The notes beneath the pieces were generated by a model. The model made no database searches, was not told the DNA's origin, and saw nothing but the letters and a program-made list of their open reading frames with translations. From the NCBI RefSeq assembly GCF_030028105.1, contig NC_092371.1:14591884-14655883 (forward strand): DNA of 64,000 nt, in the 5' to 3' direction. Source of the stretch: Mobula birostris. Its lineage: Eukaryota. Below are positions 11,033 through 23,673 of this stretch, one piece after another; within the stretch, counting starts at the first letter, position 1, and every line of letters starts with the position of its first letter. Position numbers and translations under genes: made by a program.

Positions 11033-11815
11033 CCAGGCTTGGGGTCTTGAGGCTTAAGGCTTGGAGACAGGATTGGGGTCTTGAGGCTTGAGCCTTGGAG
11101 ATAGGCTTGGGGTCTTGAGGCTTAAGGTTTGGAGACAGGCTTGAGGCTTGAGGTTTGGAGACAGTGTTGGGGTCTTGAGGCTTGAGGGTTGGACACAGGC
11201 TTGGAGTCCTGAGGCTTGAGGCTTGAAGCCAGGCTTGGGGTCGAGGCTTGAGGCCTGGAGATAGTCTTGGGGTCTTGAGGCTTGAGGCTTGCAGGCAGGC
11301 TTGGGGTCTTGAGGCTTGAGGCTTGGAGACAGGCTTGGATTCTTGAGGCTTGAGGCTTGGAGATAGGCTTGGGGTCTTGAGGCTTGAGGTTTGGACACAG
11401 GCTTGTGGTTTTGAGGCTTGAGGCTTGGAGACAGGCTTGGGGTCTTGAAGCTTGAGGCTTGGTACGGGCTTGGGGCCTGGAGGCTTGAGGCTTGGAGACA
11501 GACTTCGGGGCATGGGACTTGAGGCTTGGAGAGAGGCTTGGGGTTTTGGGGCTTGAGGCTTGGAGACAGGAGTGGGGTCTTGAGGCTTGAGGCTTGGAGA
11601 CAGGAGTGGGGTATGGAGGCTTGAAGCTTGGAGACAGACTTGGGGTCTTGAGGCTTGAGACCTGGAGACAGGTTTGTGGTTCTGAGGCTTGAGGCTTGGA
11701 AACAGGCTTGGGGTCTTGAGGCTTGAGGGTTGGAGACAGGCTTGGGGTCTTGAGGTTTGAGGCTGCAGGCTGGGGTTTTGAGGCTGGAAGCTGCAGGCTG
11801 AGGTCTTGAGTCTTG
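11033..11815. repeat. 34-bp G/T-rich minisatellite, about 22 copies
   Basis: Unit GGCTTGGGGTCTTGAGGCTTGAGGCTTGGAGACA. The GGGGTC anchor recurs at about 34-bp spacing (for example 11269, 11303, 11337, 11371 ... 11711, 11745). The unit is built from a 7-bp CTTGAGG subrepeat. Confidence 0.92.
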
Positions 11816-12384
11816 GAATGCGGAGGCTGATACCTCGGAGGCTGGAGCTCGGAGACAGACTGGGAACCGTACATCAAATACAGCAGGGATTTATACTGAG
11901 ACAAGCCGGGACTGAAATAAAGGCACTTGATTCTCAGCTGAACGAGCAGTATTTAGACTCCGGCTTACAGCTGCTCGGCGCGAGATCGTCACCTTACATC
12001 ACTGAAGCAAGTGCGAGCAAGTCACCTTGCCGGAGCAAGCGAAGTCACTTCGCCGAAGCAAGTCAAGTCTTCTCCCCGAAGCAAGCGGCAGTAAGTCACC
12101 TCTTCTCGCCGAAACCAGCCCGTTAAGTGACCCCGCCTGAGCAAGCCGCTAAGCTACCTCGCCGGAGCCGGTCCTTCAGGTCACCCACCGAGGTGAGACA
12201 AGAGCCGGTGCCTGTAGTTTCTACGCCGCGTCGAGAGTTCGCCGTTACTTGGAGCCATTTCGTGTCAAGTTAAAGAACTGTCTATCGTTTCGTGCTTTTG
12301 TCTCTTCGTGTCCTCGCCTCCGCAGGGTAGGTCCGGTCGTTTGCCGTTAACTTGAGTTGGGAACTGTCTCTTGCTGTTCTGTGT

Positions 12385-12565
12385 TCTGTGTCTTGTGCCC
12401 AAGAAGAGTCCCGGCTCTGTGTCCAGTATCCAAGGAAGAGTCCGGCTTTGTGTCATGCGTTCCAGAAGAGTCCTGGCTCTGTGTCCTGCGTCCCAGAAGA
12501 GTTCCCCCTCTGTGTCCTGCGTCCCAGAAGAGTCCAGGCTCTGTGTCCTGCGTCCAAGGAAGAGA
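12385..12565. repeat. About 31-bp tandem repeat, about 6 copies
   Basis: Unit approximately AAGAGTCCYGGCTCTGTGTCCTGCGTCCCAG. AAGAG anchors at 12404, 12436, 12466, 12497, 12528 and 12560. Confidence 0.9.
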
Positions 12566-13139
12566 CCTTAACTGTTTGATAAAGCTGGTTTCCTTTTTGG
12601 AATTATTTGTTATTCGGTATCATCTCTAACGCCCTGATAAAACTCTCACGAAGGTACATTTTCGAAAGCCTGCAGGTCAGAACCAGAGAGCTTCATGGAA
12701 ATACATGTAACTTTCTTAATCTTCAGTGAACTGTTTTATTTTTGTGGACGAGAGGTGTGTGTCGGCTAAGAGGGAGAAACCTTGGTCCCGAAACATTATT
12801 AGAATTTCATTCCTTGTTCCGTACGTTGATAATTACACCGGGGTTTATCCCCTTCAGTCTGCACCTCACCAAATACAGTGAATTAATTCGCAATTACATT
12901 TGGCACGCTGGCTTTCATACACTAATTAGACATTGTTGTATGTGTACCTATTAAAGTGTCCACTAAGTGCATGTTCGTGGTTTTGAATTTTGAATCACTT
13001 GTTGTGCGTTCATAAACGCTCTACTCCACACGACTGTTGTAACGCATGGTTATTTGAAATATTGTCAGCTTGAGCCAGTCTGGTTATTTTCCTTTAATAT
13101 CTCTCAGAAACAAGGCGGTGGCGTCCACCAAGTTGCCGC

Positions 13140-13560
13140 ACACTCAATGTTTTTTATTTGTCTTCCTTTCCAGACTCCGTAAATTCTACAGACTACTATT
13201 TATTAAAATCCTTGGAGATCAGTACTTTCGCAGATGGTATTAAATTGGAAAGAGTGCAGAGAATGTTTACAAGGATGTTAGAACTCGCGGGACTGACATG
13301 GATGTGTTAGACAGGCTTGGATTCATTCCTTAAAACATGGGAGACTGAGAAGTGATCTTATAAAACCACGAAGCGCATATAAATATTGAAAATCTTTATT
13401 CACAGAGTTACGTTATCAAGAAATGGAGGGCACAGGTGTTAAGTGATAGGGCAAAGAGGAGAGGAGCTTTAGGAGCAGCATTTTACATAAAGGGTGGTAT
13501 CTACGTGGAATTGGTTGAGGGGGGGACAACGAAAACTTTAAAAGGACAGTTAAAGGTACG
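13140..13560 (+). mobile_element. Decayed CR1 3' fragment
   Basis: ttggaaagagtgcagagaatgtttacaaggatg and LDRLGLFSL / RLRGDLI-like remnants. Confidence 0.65.
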
Positions 13561-13849
13561 TACCCAGGAAGTCTTGAAAGGGATATGGTTCAAGTAAAGG
13601 CAAGTGGGACATACTTGTCTGGACCTTCTTGTTCAGCATGGACCAGTTGGACTGAAGACTTGTTTCCGTGCTGTGTGATTCTGTGATTCTATGACTCTGC
13701 TTATTTGATGCTTGTTTATATAGCTCATAGTCATCTATGCGAGATGCTTTGTGCTTGATGACAATTTCTATGCATCCATTCAGAAAATGTGGACAATGAT
13801 GCGAAGAGAATGTCATGCATTTCCATAGCGCCTTTCATGTCCTGAATGC

Positions 13850-14920
13850 AGCCCAGAGACGTTGCTTTACCCTTGCGTTTTCTAAGACGTGCGAGTCAAG
13901 GTCAAGATAATGATTGGTTGACTGTTAGGAGAAACATAAAGGTGAATAGGCAGTTAGCACAGAACACCCCTGTGGCAATTCCCCTTAATAATAAATATAC
14001 CTCTTTGGATGCTGTTGTGGGGCATGACTTCCCAGGAGAATGCCACGGAGACCGAGTTATTGGAACTAAGTATGGGTCCAAGGTTCAGAAGGGAAAGAGG
14101 AAGAACAGGGGAACAATGCTGCAAGGACGAGGCTGAGGACGAACGCAAGTGCAGGACACAGGCGTGGAGGCAGAGCCGTGAGGCGTTAGAACTGCCGCGA
14201 ACGGGAACTGGTATCCAGGAGAGTCTTTACACAGAGACAAGGTTTACGTAGAGTATCCAGGAAATGATGCGGAGCTTAGAACTGACAGTCCCAAGGAATC
14301 AGGAAACGAGGTTTACTCACACTACAGTCGACAAACGAACTGGAAAAGCACGGCTGTGCCGCCGGAGTTTTATCCATTTTTCGCTAATGTGACCCAGGTG
14401 TGCTGTAATTTGTGGAACTGGGAATGATTGGAAATCAGACAAGAGGATTAAGGCCTAATTAAGGAGGTAATAGCAGGGTAGGGAATTGCCAGACGAGAGC
14501 ATGACAAGCGGTAGTGATAAGGGACCCAGTTTTCAGGGAAACAGACAGGAATTCTGTGGACGTGAACAGACACCCGAATGCTGTTACCTCTCAGATGCCA
14601 CAGTCAGTGACGTCTCCGATCACGTTGAAAAAATATTTGGAGAGCGAGGGAGAGCAGTCAGATGTCTTGGTACACACTGGTGCCACTGAGATAGGAAGGA
14701 AAAGCGGAGAGGTCCGGAAAGGAGAATTTAGAGAGCTAGGCCGAAGCTGAGAAGCAGGACTTCTCGCATAGTAATTTTTGGATTGCTGCCTGTGTCATGC
14801 GCCAGTGAGGGTACAAACAGGATAATTTGGCAAATTAATGTGTGGATGAGAAGCTGGTGCATGGGGCATGGCTTCAGGAACATTGGGATCTCTTCTGGGG
14901 GAGATATGACCTGTTTATAA
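13850..14920 (+). mobile_element. CR1 ORF1 (esterase/SGNH-like) fragment split by a solo LTR
   Basis: PVAIPLNNKYTSLDAV and VLVHTGATEIGRKSGEVRKGEFRELGR match CR1 ORF1 remnants seen elsewhere in this window (for example 28999-29223). Confidence 0.65.
14117..14506 (-). mobile_element. Solo LTR related to the Gypsy LTR at 9454-9857
   Basis: 390 bp with TG...ATGACA ends. Shares CAAGTGCAGGACAC and CCAGGTGT.CTGTAATT blocks with 9454-9857. No TSD is clearly visible. Confidence 0.65.
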
Positions 14921-14979
14921 TAATACTGTTAGCTGCCTTAATGACTATCACCCGGTAGAACTCACATCTGCAGTTATGA

Positions 14980-16245
14980 AATGATGAAATGTCATGAGTC
15001 GGCTGAACTCCTGCCTCAGCAAGGACCTGGACCAATTTCAATTTGCCTATCGCCACAATAGGTCAACGGCAGATGCAATCTTAGTGACTCCTCACACGGC
15101 TTTAGACCACCTGGACAACACGGACACCAACGTCAGGATGTTGTTCATCGACTATAGCTCAGTATTTAAAACCATCATTCCCACAATCCTGAACGAGAAG
15201 TTGCAGAACCTGGGCTTCTGTACCTCCCTCCGCATTTGGCTCCTGGATTTCCTCAGCGGAAGACCGCAATCTATGCCGAATGGTGATATCAGCTCCTCCT
15301 CGCTGACGATCAATACATGATCCCGCTACTCTACTCTAGATACATTGAACTGTGTTGCTAGGCATAGCTCAAATACCATCTAGAGATTTGCTGACGAAGC
15401 AACCATTGTTGTTAGACTCTCAGGTGGTGACGAGAGGGCGGGCAGGAGTGAGATATGCCAACTAGCAGAGCGGTGTCGAGCAAAAACCTGGCATTCGACG
15501 TCAGCAAGACGAAAGAGCTCATTGTGGACTTCCGGAAGGGTAAGACGAAGGCACACATGCCAATCCTCATAGTAGGATCAGAAGTGGAGACAGTGAGCTG
15601 TTTTGAGTTCCTCTGTGTCAAGATCTCTGAGAACCTAACCTGGTCCCAACATAACGAAGCAGTTATAAAGAAGGCAAGAAAGCAGAAATACTTCAATAGG
15701 AGTTTGAAGAGATTTAGTATGTCAACAAATACAGTAAAAACCTCTATAGATGTACCGTGGAGAGCATTATGACAGGCTATATCACTGACTGGTATGGGTG
15801 GGGGCGTAGCTGCAGAGGGTTGTAAATTTAGTCGGCTCCATCTTGGATCCTAGCCAAAAAAGTACCCAGGACATCTTCAAGGAGCGGTGTCTCAGAAGGG
15901 CAGCGTCCATTATAAAGGACCCCCACCACACAGGGCATGCCCTTTTCTCACTGTTAACATCCGTTTGGAGGTGCAGAAGCATGAAGGCAAACAGTCAGTG
16001 ATACTTCCCCTCTTCCATCAGATTCCTAAATGGACAATAAACCCTTGGACACTTCCTCACTATTTAATATATGTTATTTCTGCTTTTGCACGATTTTTAA
16101 TCTATTCAGCATGCGTATACTGTACTTTATTTATTATTTATTTATTTACTATTATAATAATATTTTTATATTATGTATTGCATTGAACTTCTGTTTCTAA
16201 GTTAACAAATTTCACATGTCGGTGATAATAAACCTGATTCTGATT
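14980..16245 (+). mobile_element. Rex1/Babar- or L2-like non-LTR retrotransposon, 5'-truncated RT and 3' tail
   Basis: DQFQFAYRHNRSTADAI...VRMLFIDYSSVFKTI, NVSKTKELIVDFRK-type motif, and an AATAAACCTGATTCTGATT tail. Confidence 0.8.
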
Positions 16246-16249
16246 TTAA

Positions 16250-17200
16250 AAAAAAAGTGATTGGTTGTACGTGAACCAATATTCTCGCCAGACGGTTTTT
16301 TAGCGCGGTTGGGAGGGATTAAACAAATTTGGGCGCGGGGTGGGAGGTGGACGTGGGAATCGGAGTGGGACCCAGGATTCGACGGATGGTGCAAAAGCAA
16401 AGATAGCGTGCAGTTAGCGTGCAGGAAGGGCAGGCGGATGATAGGACATAATTGCAAACAGCAGGGTGAGTCTCACTGCATTAGGAATGCAGAATCAAAA
16501 AGGGTAACAAATACACCACTCAATGTGTTATATCGCAATGCACGGAGTACAAGAAATAAGGTAGCTGATCCTGTTGCACTACAACAGATTGTCAGGTATG
16601 GCAATTACAGAATCGTGGCTGAAGGCTGGTTGCAGTGGGGAGAAGAATGTCCAAGGTTACGTGTTGTATCGGAGGGATAGGATGGTAGGCATAACGGGTA
16701 GCATGACTGCGCTGGTAAAACTAGCATCAAAACAGTAGAAAGATGTGATTGGAAGATGTTGAATCCTTGTGGGATGAATTAAGAAACTTCAAGGGTAAAA
16801 GGACCCTGATGTCAGTTATATACAAGTTTCCCAACAGCAGCTGGGATGGGGACCATAGATTAAAACAGGAATTAGAAAACGAGTGTCAAAAAGGCAAAGT
16901 TTTGATAGTCGTTGGAGATTTCAACATGCAAGTCGATTGGGAAAATCAGGTTGGAAATGGATCTCAGGAGACTGAGGTTGTTGAATGCCTACGAGATGGC
17001 TTTCAGAGCAGTTTGTCGTTGAGCATACCAGGGGATCAGCTGTACTGGATTGGAGTTGAACCGGAGATGATTAGGGAGTTTAAGGTAAAAGAACCCTTAG
17101 GAGTCAGTTATCACAATAAGATTGAGTTCAACTTGAAATTTAATAGAGAGAAAGTAAAGACTGACGTAGCAGTATTTCAGAGGAGTAAAGATAATTTAAT
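16250..17200 (+). mobile_element. CR1 ORF1 end and APE endonuclease fragment
   Basis: LYRNARSTRNKV; VLIVVGDFNMQVDWENQVG. Confidence 0.75.
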
Positions 17201-17733
17201 ATGCTACGGAACGAGAGTCACTGAGGAAGACTTCCACGTTCTTCTTAGCCAACGATTTTATTGAAGACTGCTTGAAGCCTGCTTTCCGTGAGTACACTCT
17301 TCTGACGGATGCTCACACTTCAACCTCATGACTGAAATCACAGGGCCTTCATGAGCTGTAGGAGTACTTAAAAGTTCCTTCACGTTTTGACGGTCAAATC
17401 GACTTTAAAAGGCATTGAGCTCATCTGGCTCCGAACCCCTGCTGTTGCCAGGAATTGCTGCTTAGTTCGGAATTGTTACTTCGCCCGTAAGGTGACTTTC
17501 CGGAGATCGTACCTGGACGTCTTGTTTGATGAGCTGTGATTTAGTCTCGCTTTCATAATATATCGTGTCATTCCAAGAGCAATGCAAGGATGTGATTACT
17601 CTTATTTGTCACATATATATCGGCACATACAGTGAATTACAATGTTTGGGTTAACAACCAGGACAGTCTGAAGCAACCCACAATCGTCGTAATGCTTTGG
17701 ACGTCAGTATAACATACCTACAAAGAATGTATA

Positions 17734-18150
17734 CACTCAGAGCCCACTTTATTATGTACAGCTGATCGTTAATGCAAATATCTAATCAGCAAGTTATGTG
17801 GCACAACTTACTCAATCGAAGAATTCAGACATGGTCAAGAAGTTTGTTTATTGTTGAGACCAAACATCAAAATGAGGATCTAAGTGGCATTAATCCTGAC
17901 ATGATTGTGGGTGCTAGACGTGGTGGTTTGGGTATCTCGGAAACTGCGTATCTCCTGGATTTTTCTGGCACAAAATTCTCTGAAGTGTACAGAGAATAGT
18001 GCGAAAAAAAACATAAGAAAAACCAGTGAACAACCGATCTGTGGATGAAAACACCTTGTTAATGAGCTAGGTCGGAGGAGCATGACTATACGGATGCGAA
18101 CTTACAGGGAAGTGACAGCAACTGACATAACAATGCGTCACAAGATTGAC
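17734..18150 (+). mobile_element. Tc1/mariner DNA transposon fragment (left end and HTH)
   Basis: TA followed by CACTCAGAGCCCACTTTATT (Tc1-type terminal repeat), and DLSGINPDMIVGARRGGLGISETAYLLDFSGT (Tc1 transposase N-terminal HTH). Confidence 0.75.
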
Positions 18151-18849
18151 GTACGGAATAATGAACAGAGGCCTCAATGAAACTGTGATGGATCCGCAAC
18201 CACCAAACTTTAAAACATTGCCAGATTATCTTCATGTTTTATGGTGAATGTAAAAGCCATCATTTCAGCTATAACGTTAATCAATCACGTTGAAACTATC
18301 TTCCCGTTCTTTTAATTGAGATAGATTCACTTATTTCTCCCACGCAAGCGCATCTATATTTTGTTCACCTTGAACATGTCTCTCCTTAATGTTTTGTTTG
18401 TGAAACACAAGCTTCAGTTTAGTCCCAAACACACACAATTAAATCCCGAAATTCCATTTAGTTATAAGAAGCTGTGGTATTGCTCTTGGAATCGATCTTC
18501 ATACTCCGCACACTCCGGAGCAATATTCCTTTGTGCAACGCAGGACTGATTTGCATGATAGGAATCACGTGACAAGTGAAAGGTACCGTATAAATGTACT
18601 TGTTGTGATCCCTCGCACCATCTTTCGGGGAGGGATGGCGCAACAGCATGTCCGTGAGTGTACTTTCACTGGCTGCTTCTCCTGTTTTATGTTCGCAGTG
18701 GAAAGCTTGTAAAGCAGTTAAATGCATGGAAGAATTAAAACGCACCAGATTGACACCTTTCTTGGATGCCCAGTGCTAAGTTTTATTTCCTAACCTGTTC
18801 TGCTTCAGCAGATTTATTTCTCGTAACAACAAATTAAGCTGCAATACAT

Positions 18850-19030
18850 CTTTTTCTTCGTCTTTAGCCGATCACCCCCGTTGGAGTACAGAACGCCGAC
18901 AAATCCTTCATCTCCCATGGATAGGGTCTTTGGATCTTCTCTGGCGTTTCTGTAGCTCTGGGGTTTACGGGTTGGGAGCCCCATGCCCAACTCTACTCCT
19001 TTCGCAGCCCGGCTTGGGACCAACCATGAT
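18850..19030 (-). mobile_element. Short RTE-derived non-autonomous element (a related copy lies at about 6645-6870)
   Basis: Both copies share the CTGTAGCT.TGGGGTTT and CCCATG.CCAA blocks and an (AAG)n-like tail. The family assignment is from recalled motif resemblance only. Confidence 0.4.
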
Positions 19031-19109
19031 GGAGTTACAACCGCAGTATTCAGTCTAAAAATATTGTTACTGCATCGCAAGTCATAAAGAAAAGCATCCA
19101 GTCAGCAGC

Positions 19110-19440
19110 AGTTCTTTGGGCTAAACCACCTTGTAAATGAGAGAGGTCAGAGGATAATACTCGAACTAGTTCAATTTGACAGCAAGGCGACGGTAATTCG
19201 ATTGCATTAACACTGTTGTGCACACTAGGGGTTTCAATAGTGATGAAGAAGAGCATCTCTGAACGCAGAATATGTCGAACAGCAGCAGGAGGCCATGAAC
19301 ATAGAGTTGGTACCTCATAAAGAGGTAAGAGTAGAGATTACTATTATATTTCCTCCATTGTCTCTTCCCAATCCGTCTATTTGCTTCTGCCATCTAATAG
19401 CTCGCTGATTTGATTAAATCTTGGATATGCTACGTAACAG
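19110..19440 (+). mobile_element. Second Tc1-like transposase fragment
   Basis: Similar to 18050-18150 (gagaggtcagagga...gacagcaaggcgacggtaa...aagagcatctctgaacgca). Confidence 0.55.
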
Positions 19441-20084
19441 CTCACGTGAGACAAGTGAAAGAGGATACCAAGAACTGATACACAGGTGCAGAAAAGTAAA
19501 ATGGGGAGAGCTGGAAGCCATTCAGAAACATAAGAGCTAACACAAACCGGTCACCAACGCCGGTAGTGGAACCTCTTGAACCGGATTCATGCACAGTTTA
19601 GTTTTACAACACACAGCAACTATTACATGGGGAGTAGCAGAGAGATTCGTCCACTTCAGCCTGCAACAGAGGAAGAGATGGAGGCTTTCGTTTCTTCAAG
19701 CGCAGTGTGGAGAGCAAATATTTGAGCTTCTTCCGTCAGCAGCTCGTTACTGGGGAATAGGAGAAGGAGCTTTTTCCATCATATGCATCAAATTAAATGT
19801 GGAATTCATTGCCACAGACAGCTGTGAAAACTTCGTCATTATGGCGGAGGTTAAGGAATTGTTGATTAGTAAGGACGTCAAAGATTCCATCGAGAAGGCA
19901 GGGAATAGTGTTGGAAAGAGTAATAAATAAGCCATGATGGAATGGCGGGTCAAACGTGATGGGCTGAATCGCCTAATACAGCTCCTATGTTTCATGCTTA
20001 AAGATTAAGAAGTACTTCTGAATTGTCTCAGAACGCCCTTGCACTGTCAACCTTACCTGTTTAAAATAATAACTATTATTATTA

Positions 20085-21240
20085 TTTAGGAGGCCGAGAA
20101 GTGTGTAATAAAGAGCTGGAAAGCTGATTGATGAAAGAGATACAGGGCTGGAGAAGGGTTAATCTGATAGGAGAGGATAGAAGGCCATGGAGGAAAGAAC
20201 AGGGGAGGAGCACCAGAGGGAGGTGATGGACAGGTAAGGAGAAAAGGTGAGAGAGGGAAATAGGAATGGGGAGTGGCGAAGGAGAAGAGGGGTAGGCATC
20301 TGACGTTCGAGAAATCGATGTTCTTGCCACCAGGTTGGAGGGTCCTCGGACGGCAGATAAAGCGTTGCTCTCCAGCCTTGGTGTGGCCTCATCATGACAG
20401 TAGAGGAGGCCATGGACTGACATGTCGTGATTGGAATGGGAAGTGGAATTAAAATGCGTAGACATTGAGAGATCCCGCTTTTCCTGGTGTAGCTGCTCAG
20501 CGAAGAGGTCTCTGAATCTACGTCGGGTTTCACCGATAGACAGGAGGCTACACTGGTAGCACCGGATACAGTCGATTACCCCGACGGACTCACAGGTGAA
20601 GCATCGCCCCACCTGGAAGGACTGTTTGGGGTCCAGAATGGTAGTGAGGGAGAAAGCGTAGGGGCAGATGTAGCTGTTGTTCCGCTTGCAAGGATAACTG
20701 CTAAAAAGAGGTCAGTGGGGAGGGGCGAATATTCAAGAAAGTCGCATAGGGCGCGTTCACTACGAAAAGAAGAAAATGGAGAAGGGAAGTGGGAAAGGTC
20801 CTGGTGTTAAGATTCCATAGGAGATGGCGGAAGTTACGGAGAGGGCAGGGTAGCGTTGATGGTGTAGGATGGGAACCCTTGTCTTTGAAGAAGGAGGACA
20901 TCTTCGTTCTTATCCTGAGAACAGATGCAGCAAGACGGAAGAATCGAGAGAAGGTGGTGGCACTTTTAAAGTAACCGGGTGAGCAGCGGTATTGTCCAGG
21001 TAGCTATGAGAGTCAGTGGGTTTGTAATAGTAATCAGTAGATAAGCTTGTTTCCAAAGATTGAGACAGAGAGATCGTGAAAGGAGAAATATATGTGTCGG
21101 AAGTAGACCAGGTAATGTTGCGGGCAGCGTGGAAGTTGGAGGCAAAGTTGATGAGTTCGGCGTGCACACAATCACGAAGTACGCCTGAATTAGTAGAAGA
21201 CGACGAAGTGTGATAACCCTCCAGGCAGGAAATAAATAAA
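20085..21240 (-). mobile_element. Penelope-like element fragment (RT end + GIY-YIG endonuclease)
   Basis: ORF 20082-20612 FTCESVGVIDCIRCYQCSLLSIGETRRRFRD (GIY-YIG type) and YYKPTDSHSYLD (Penelope-like RT thumb). Confidence 0.8.
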
Positions 21241-23541
21241 CAGTCAATGAATAGATGAAGGAATGTATCGAATGGAAGGAGGGCACCAGTTTAGATTATG
21301 GCCCTTTAGGTAAAGACGAATTTTGTGAATGAGCTTCTTGGTATTTATGTGGACTTCGAAAGATCCTTGTCCAGGATCCGCATGGTAAGCCGGTTCGGAA
21401 GCTTGGAATACATAAGGCACGCGATGAGGGAGCCAATTAGCCAAAAAAAGGTTGGTGTGGCATTGGATTGAGAGCGGTAGTGAAGCATCCTTTTACACAC
21501 TGGAGAACTGCTATCAATGGTGTACAGCAGGGACATGTGCTGGCTATACGATTCCTCCACTATAATAACTATTTGGATGAGAAAGTGGTTGTCATGGTTG
21601 GGATGTTGTACTTTATGATGACAAACTGCAATAACTTCCGCGTCGAATTGGTAAAACCTGATGAGTGTTGTAGAATAAAGAGAGGGAGGGACACCAGTGG
21701 CAAAACGAATGATGCTGAATCACGTTATGTCCAAACATATGTCAATTCCAGCCTGAAATCTGGCGAGGCAATTGGAGAATGAACTTCATCAGATACTAGT
21801 TGCTGACTGAACTGGGTGATATCACAGTTTCTCATCCTGTCCCCCATCGCTTAACGCCCGCGCCACAACCCCACCTCAACAGAGGAGACAGAATTTGCGT
21901 CCATTTGCTTTCAATTCATTAATGTGTAACGGGATTGCCTCTTATTTCCTTAAACTTCAGAGAGCTTGAATTCTCCTTCTCAGCCTCAAAGTAAAAGTAA
22001 ACTTAGGATGGAAGTACATAGATGTCATCATATTCTCCTGCGAGATTAATTTTTCTGCGGACATTCAGAGTAAATGAAAAAAACGCACAGGAATCAATGA
22101 ACAACAGTAGGCAATAAAGACGGACAATGAACCAATATGCAAATACCCAAAATAATAATAAATAAAATAGCAATAATGATTAAGAATTTGAGTTACAGAG
22201 CTCTTGAAAGTGTCCATGGATGTGGAATCAGTTCAGTGTTGGTGTGAATGAAGTTCAGTGAAGTTGTTCCCCCTTGAAAGAGTCTGAGAGTAGAGGGTGA
22301 TAACTGTCCCACAACTATGCGACCTAAGCCTCACATACATCTTTCTTATGGCAGCAACGAGAAGAGAGGAAGGCTTGCATGGTGGGTTTGGTGGGGGAGC
22401 GATGTCGTTGAAGATGTTTGCTGCTTTCATGCGACTGTTCCGCTTTAGGTGTGCTCAACAGTGAGGAGGACTTCACCGGTGATGGTCTCGGCTTTAGCCA
22501 CTACCTTTTGTAGGTCTTTCCGTTCAAGGGTAGTGGTGTTTATTAGCAGGCAGTGATACAATCCGTCAATAGAGACTCAATCGTGCATCTATAAATGTTT
22601 GTAAGAGCTTTCTATATCATGCCAAGCTTGACAAACTTCTAAGAAATTCCTGGCCTTGCCGTGCGTTCTTTGTAATGGCGGTTGCGGGTTGGACCCTGGA
22701 CAGAAAAGATAACATCTCTGATCTCCTGATGACGTCTGGTTGAAGGATCTTCGATTTTCTCCCCCTGTAGTCAATAAATTGTTCTTTGGTTTTGCTGACA
22801 TTCAGCGAGAGATTGTTGATGTGGCACTATTCAGCCAGATAAGGTCACGTCTTTGAGTCAGTACTCTCCTCAAGGGAAGCAAAGTTTGCACGACCAAACC
22901 GGAGACTTAGATCCGAGGACCAGTGGTAGATATTTTTCACAAACTTGCAGAGGTAGTGGTAGAGGGAAGTAAAATTGTGCAGTTTAGAAGACATCCGGGC
23001 AGTTGGACGGATATTAACATTTTTTGGTGACTTTATCCAAACGCATACAAATGGGATGAGCGCAGTTTGGCAACTTGGCCGGCCTGGACGGGTTGGGAAA
23101 GGAAGGCCCATTTCTGTGCTTTATAACACTGTGAGTCTAAATGTCGCGGCTCTCAGGGACAGGGAATTTGTGTCATAGTTCGTAGTCACTGAGGCTCAGA
23201 AACAACCACGCCTAGGGCTTCTCATAAATATTATCGCTGCGAATATCGTCTGTGCAGTGCTGAGGTTATGACCATTTCATATCTTGGATAACCGTGAAGC
23301 GGGTGCGCGAGGTCCAAACGAGAGCTTATATATTCCCTTGTGTGTCTGGTATTGAAACATTTATCGTGTTCTTCAAGTTTTGCTGAGGGTTGGTTCAGAA
23401 GTTTAGGTGAGATACCCGTGCCCATGATCACCCTCTGGGCTAGTCACAAATCCTCATGTTGCTCAGGTGAGTTTTCTGTTCGCTGCTTTCAAAGTTAGAC
23501 ATTTATCAGACACGGAGCTGAGAGAGTCATAATATCCTCCA

Positions 23542-23673
23542 NNNNNNNNNNNNNNNNNNNNNNNNNNNNNNNNNNNNNNNNNNNNNNNNNNNNNNNNNNN
23601 NNNNNNNNNNNNNNNNNNNNNNNNNNNNNNNNNNNNNNNNNNNNNNNNNNNNNNNNNNNNNNNNNNNNNNNNN
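23542..23673. other. Assembly gap (132 N)
   Basis: Run of N, followed directly by a pyrimidine-rich low-complexity tract. Confidence 0.99.

Noticed and set aside
10950-11904. Three long overlapping Pro/Ser/Lys-rich ORFs on the minus strand (up to 260 aa)
   Set aside because: They are a by-product of the 34-bp minisatellite, whose minus strand has no stop codon in any frame.
12385-12565. About 31-bp direct repeats superficially like a CRISPR array
   Set aside because: The units are contiguous with no unique spacers, no cas genes are present, and the context is a vertebrate genome.
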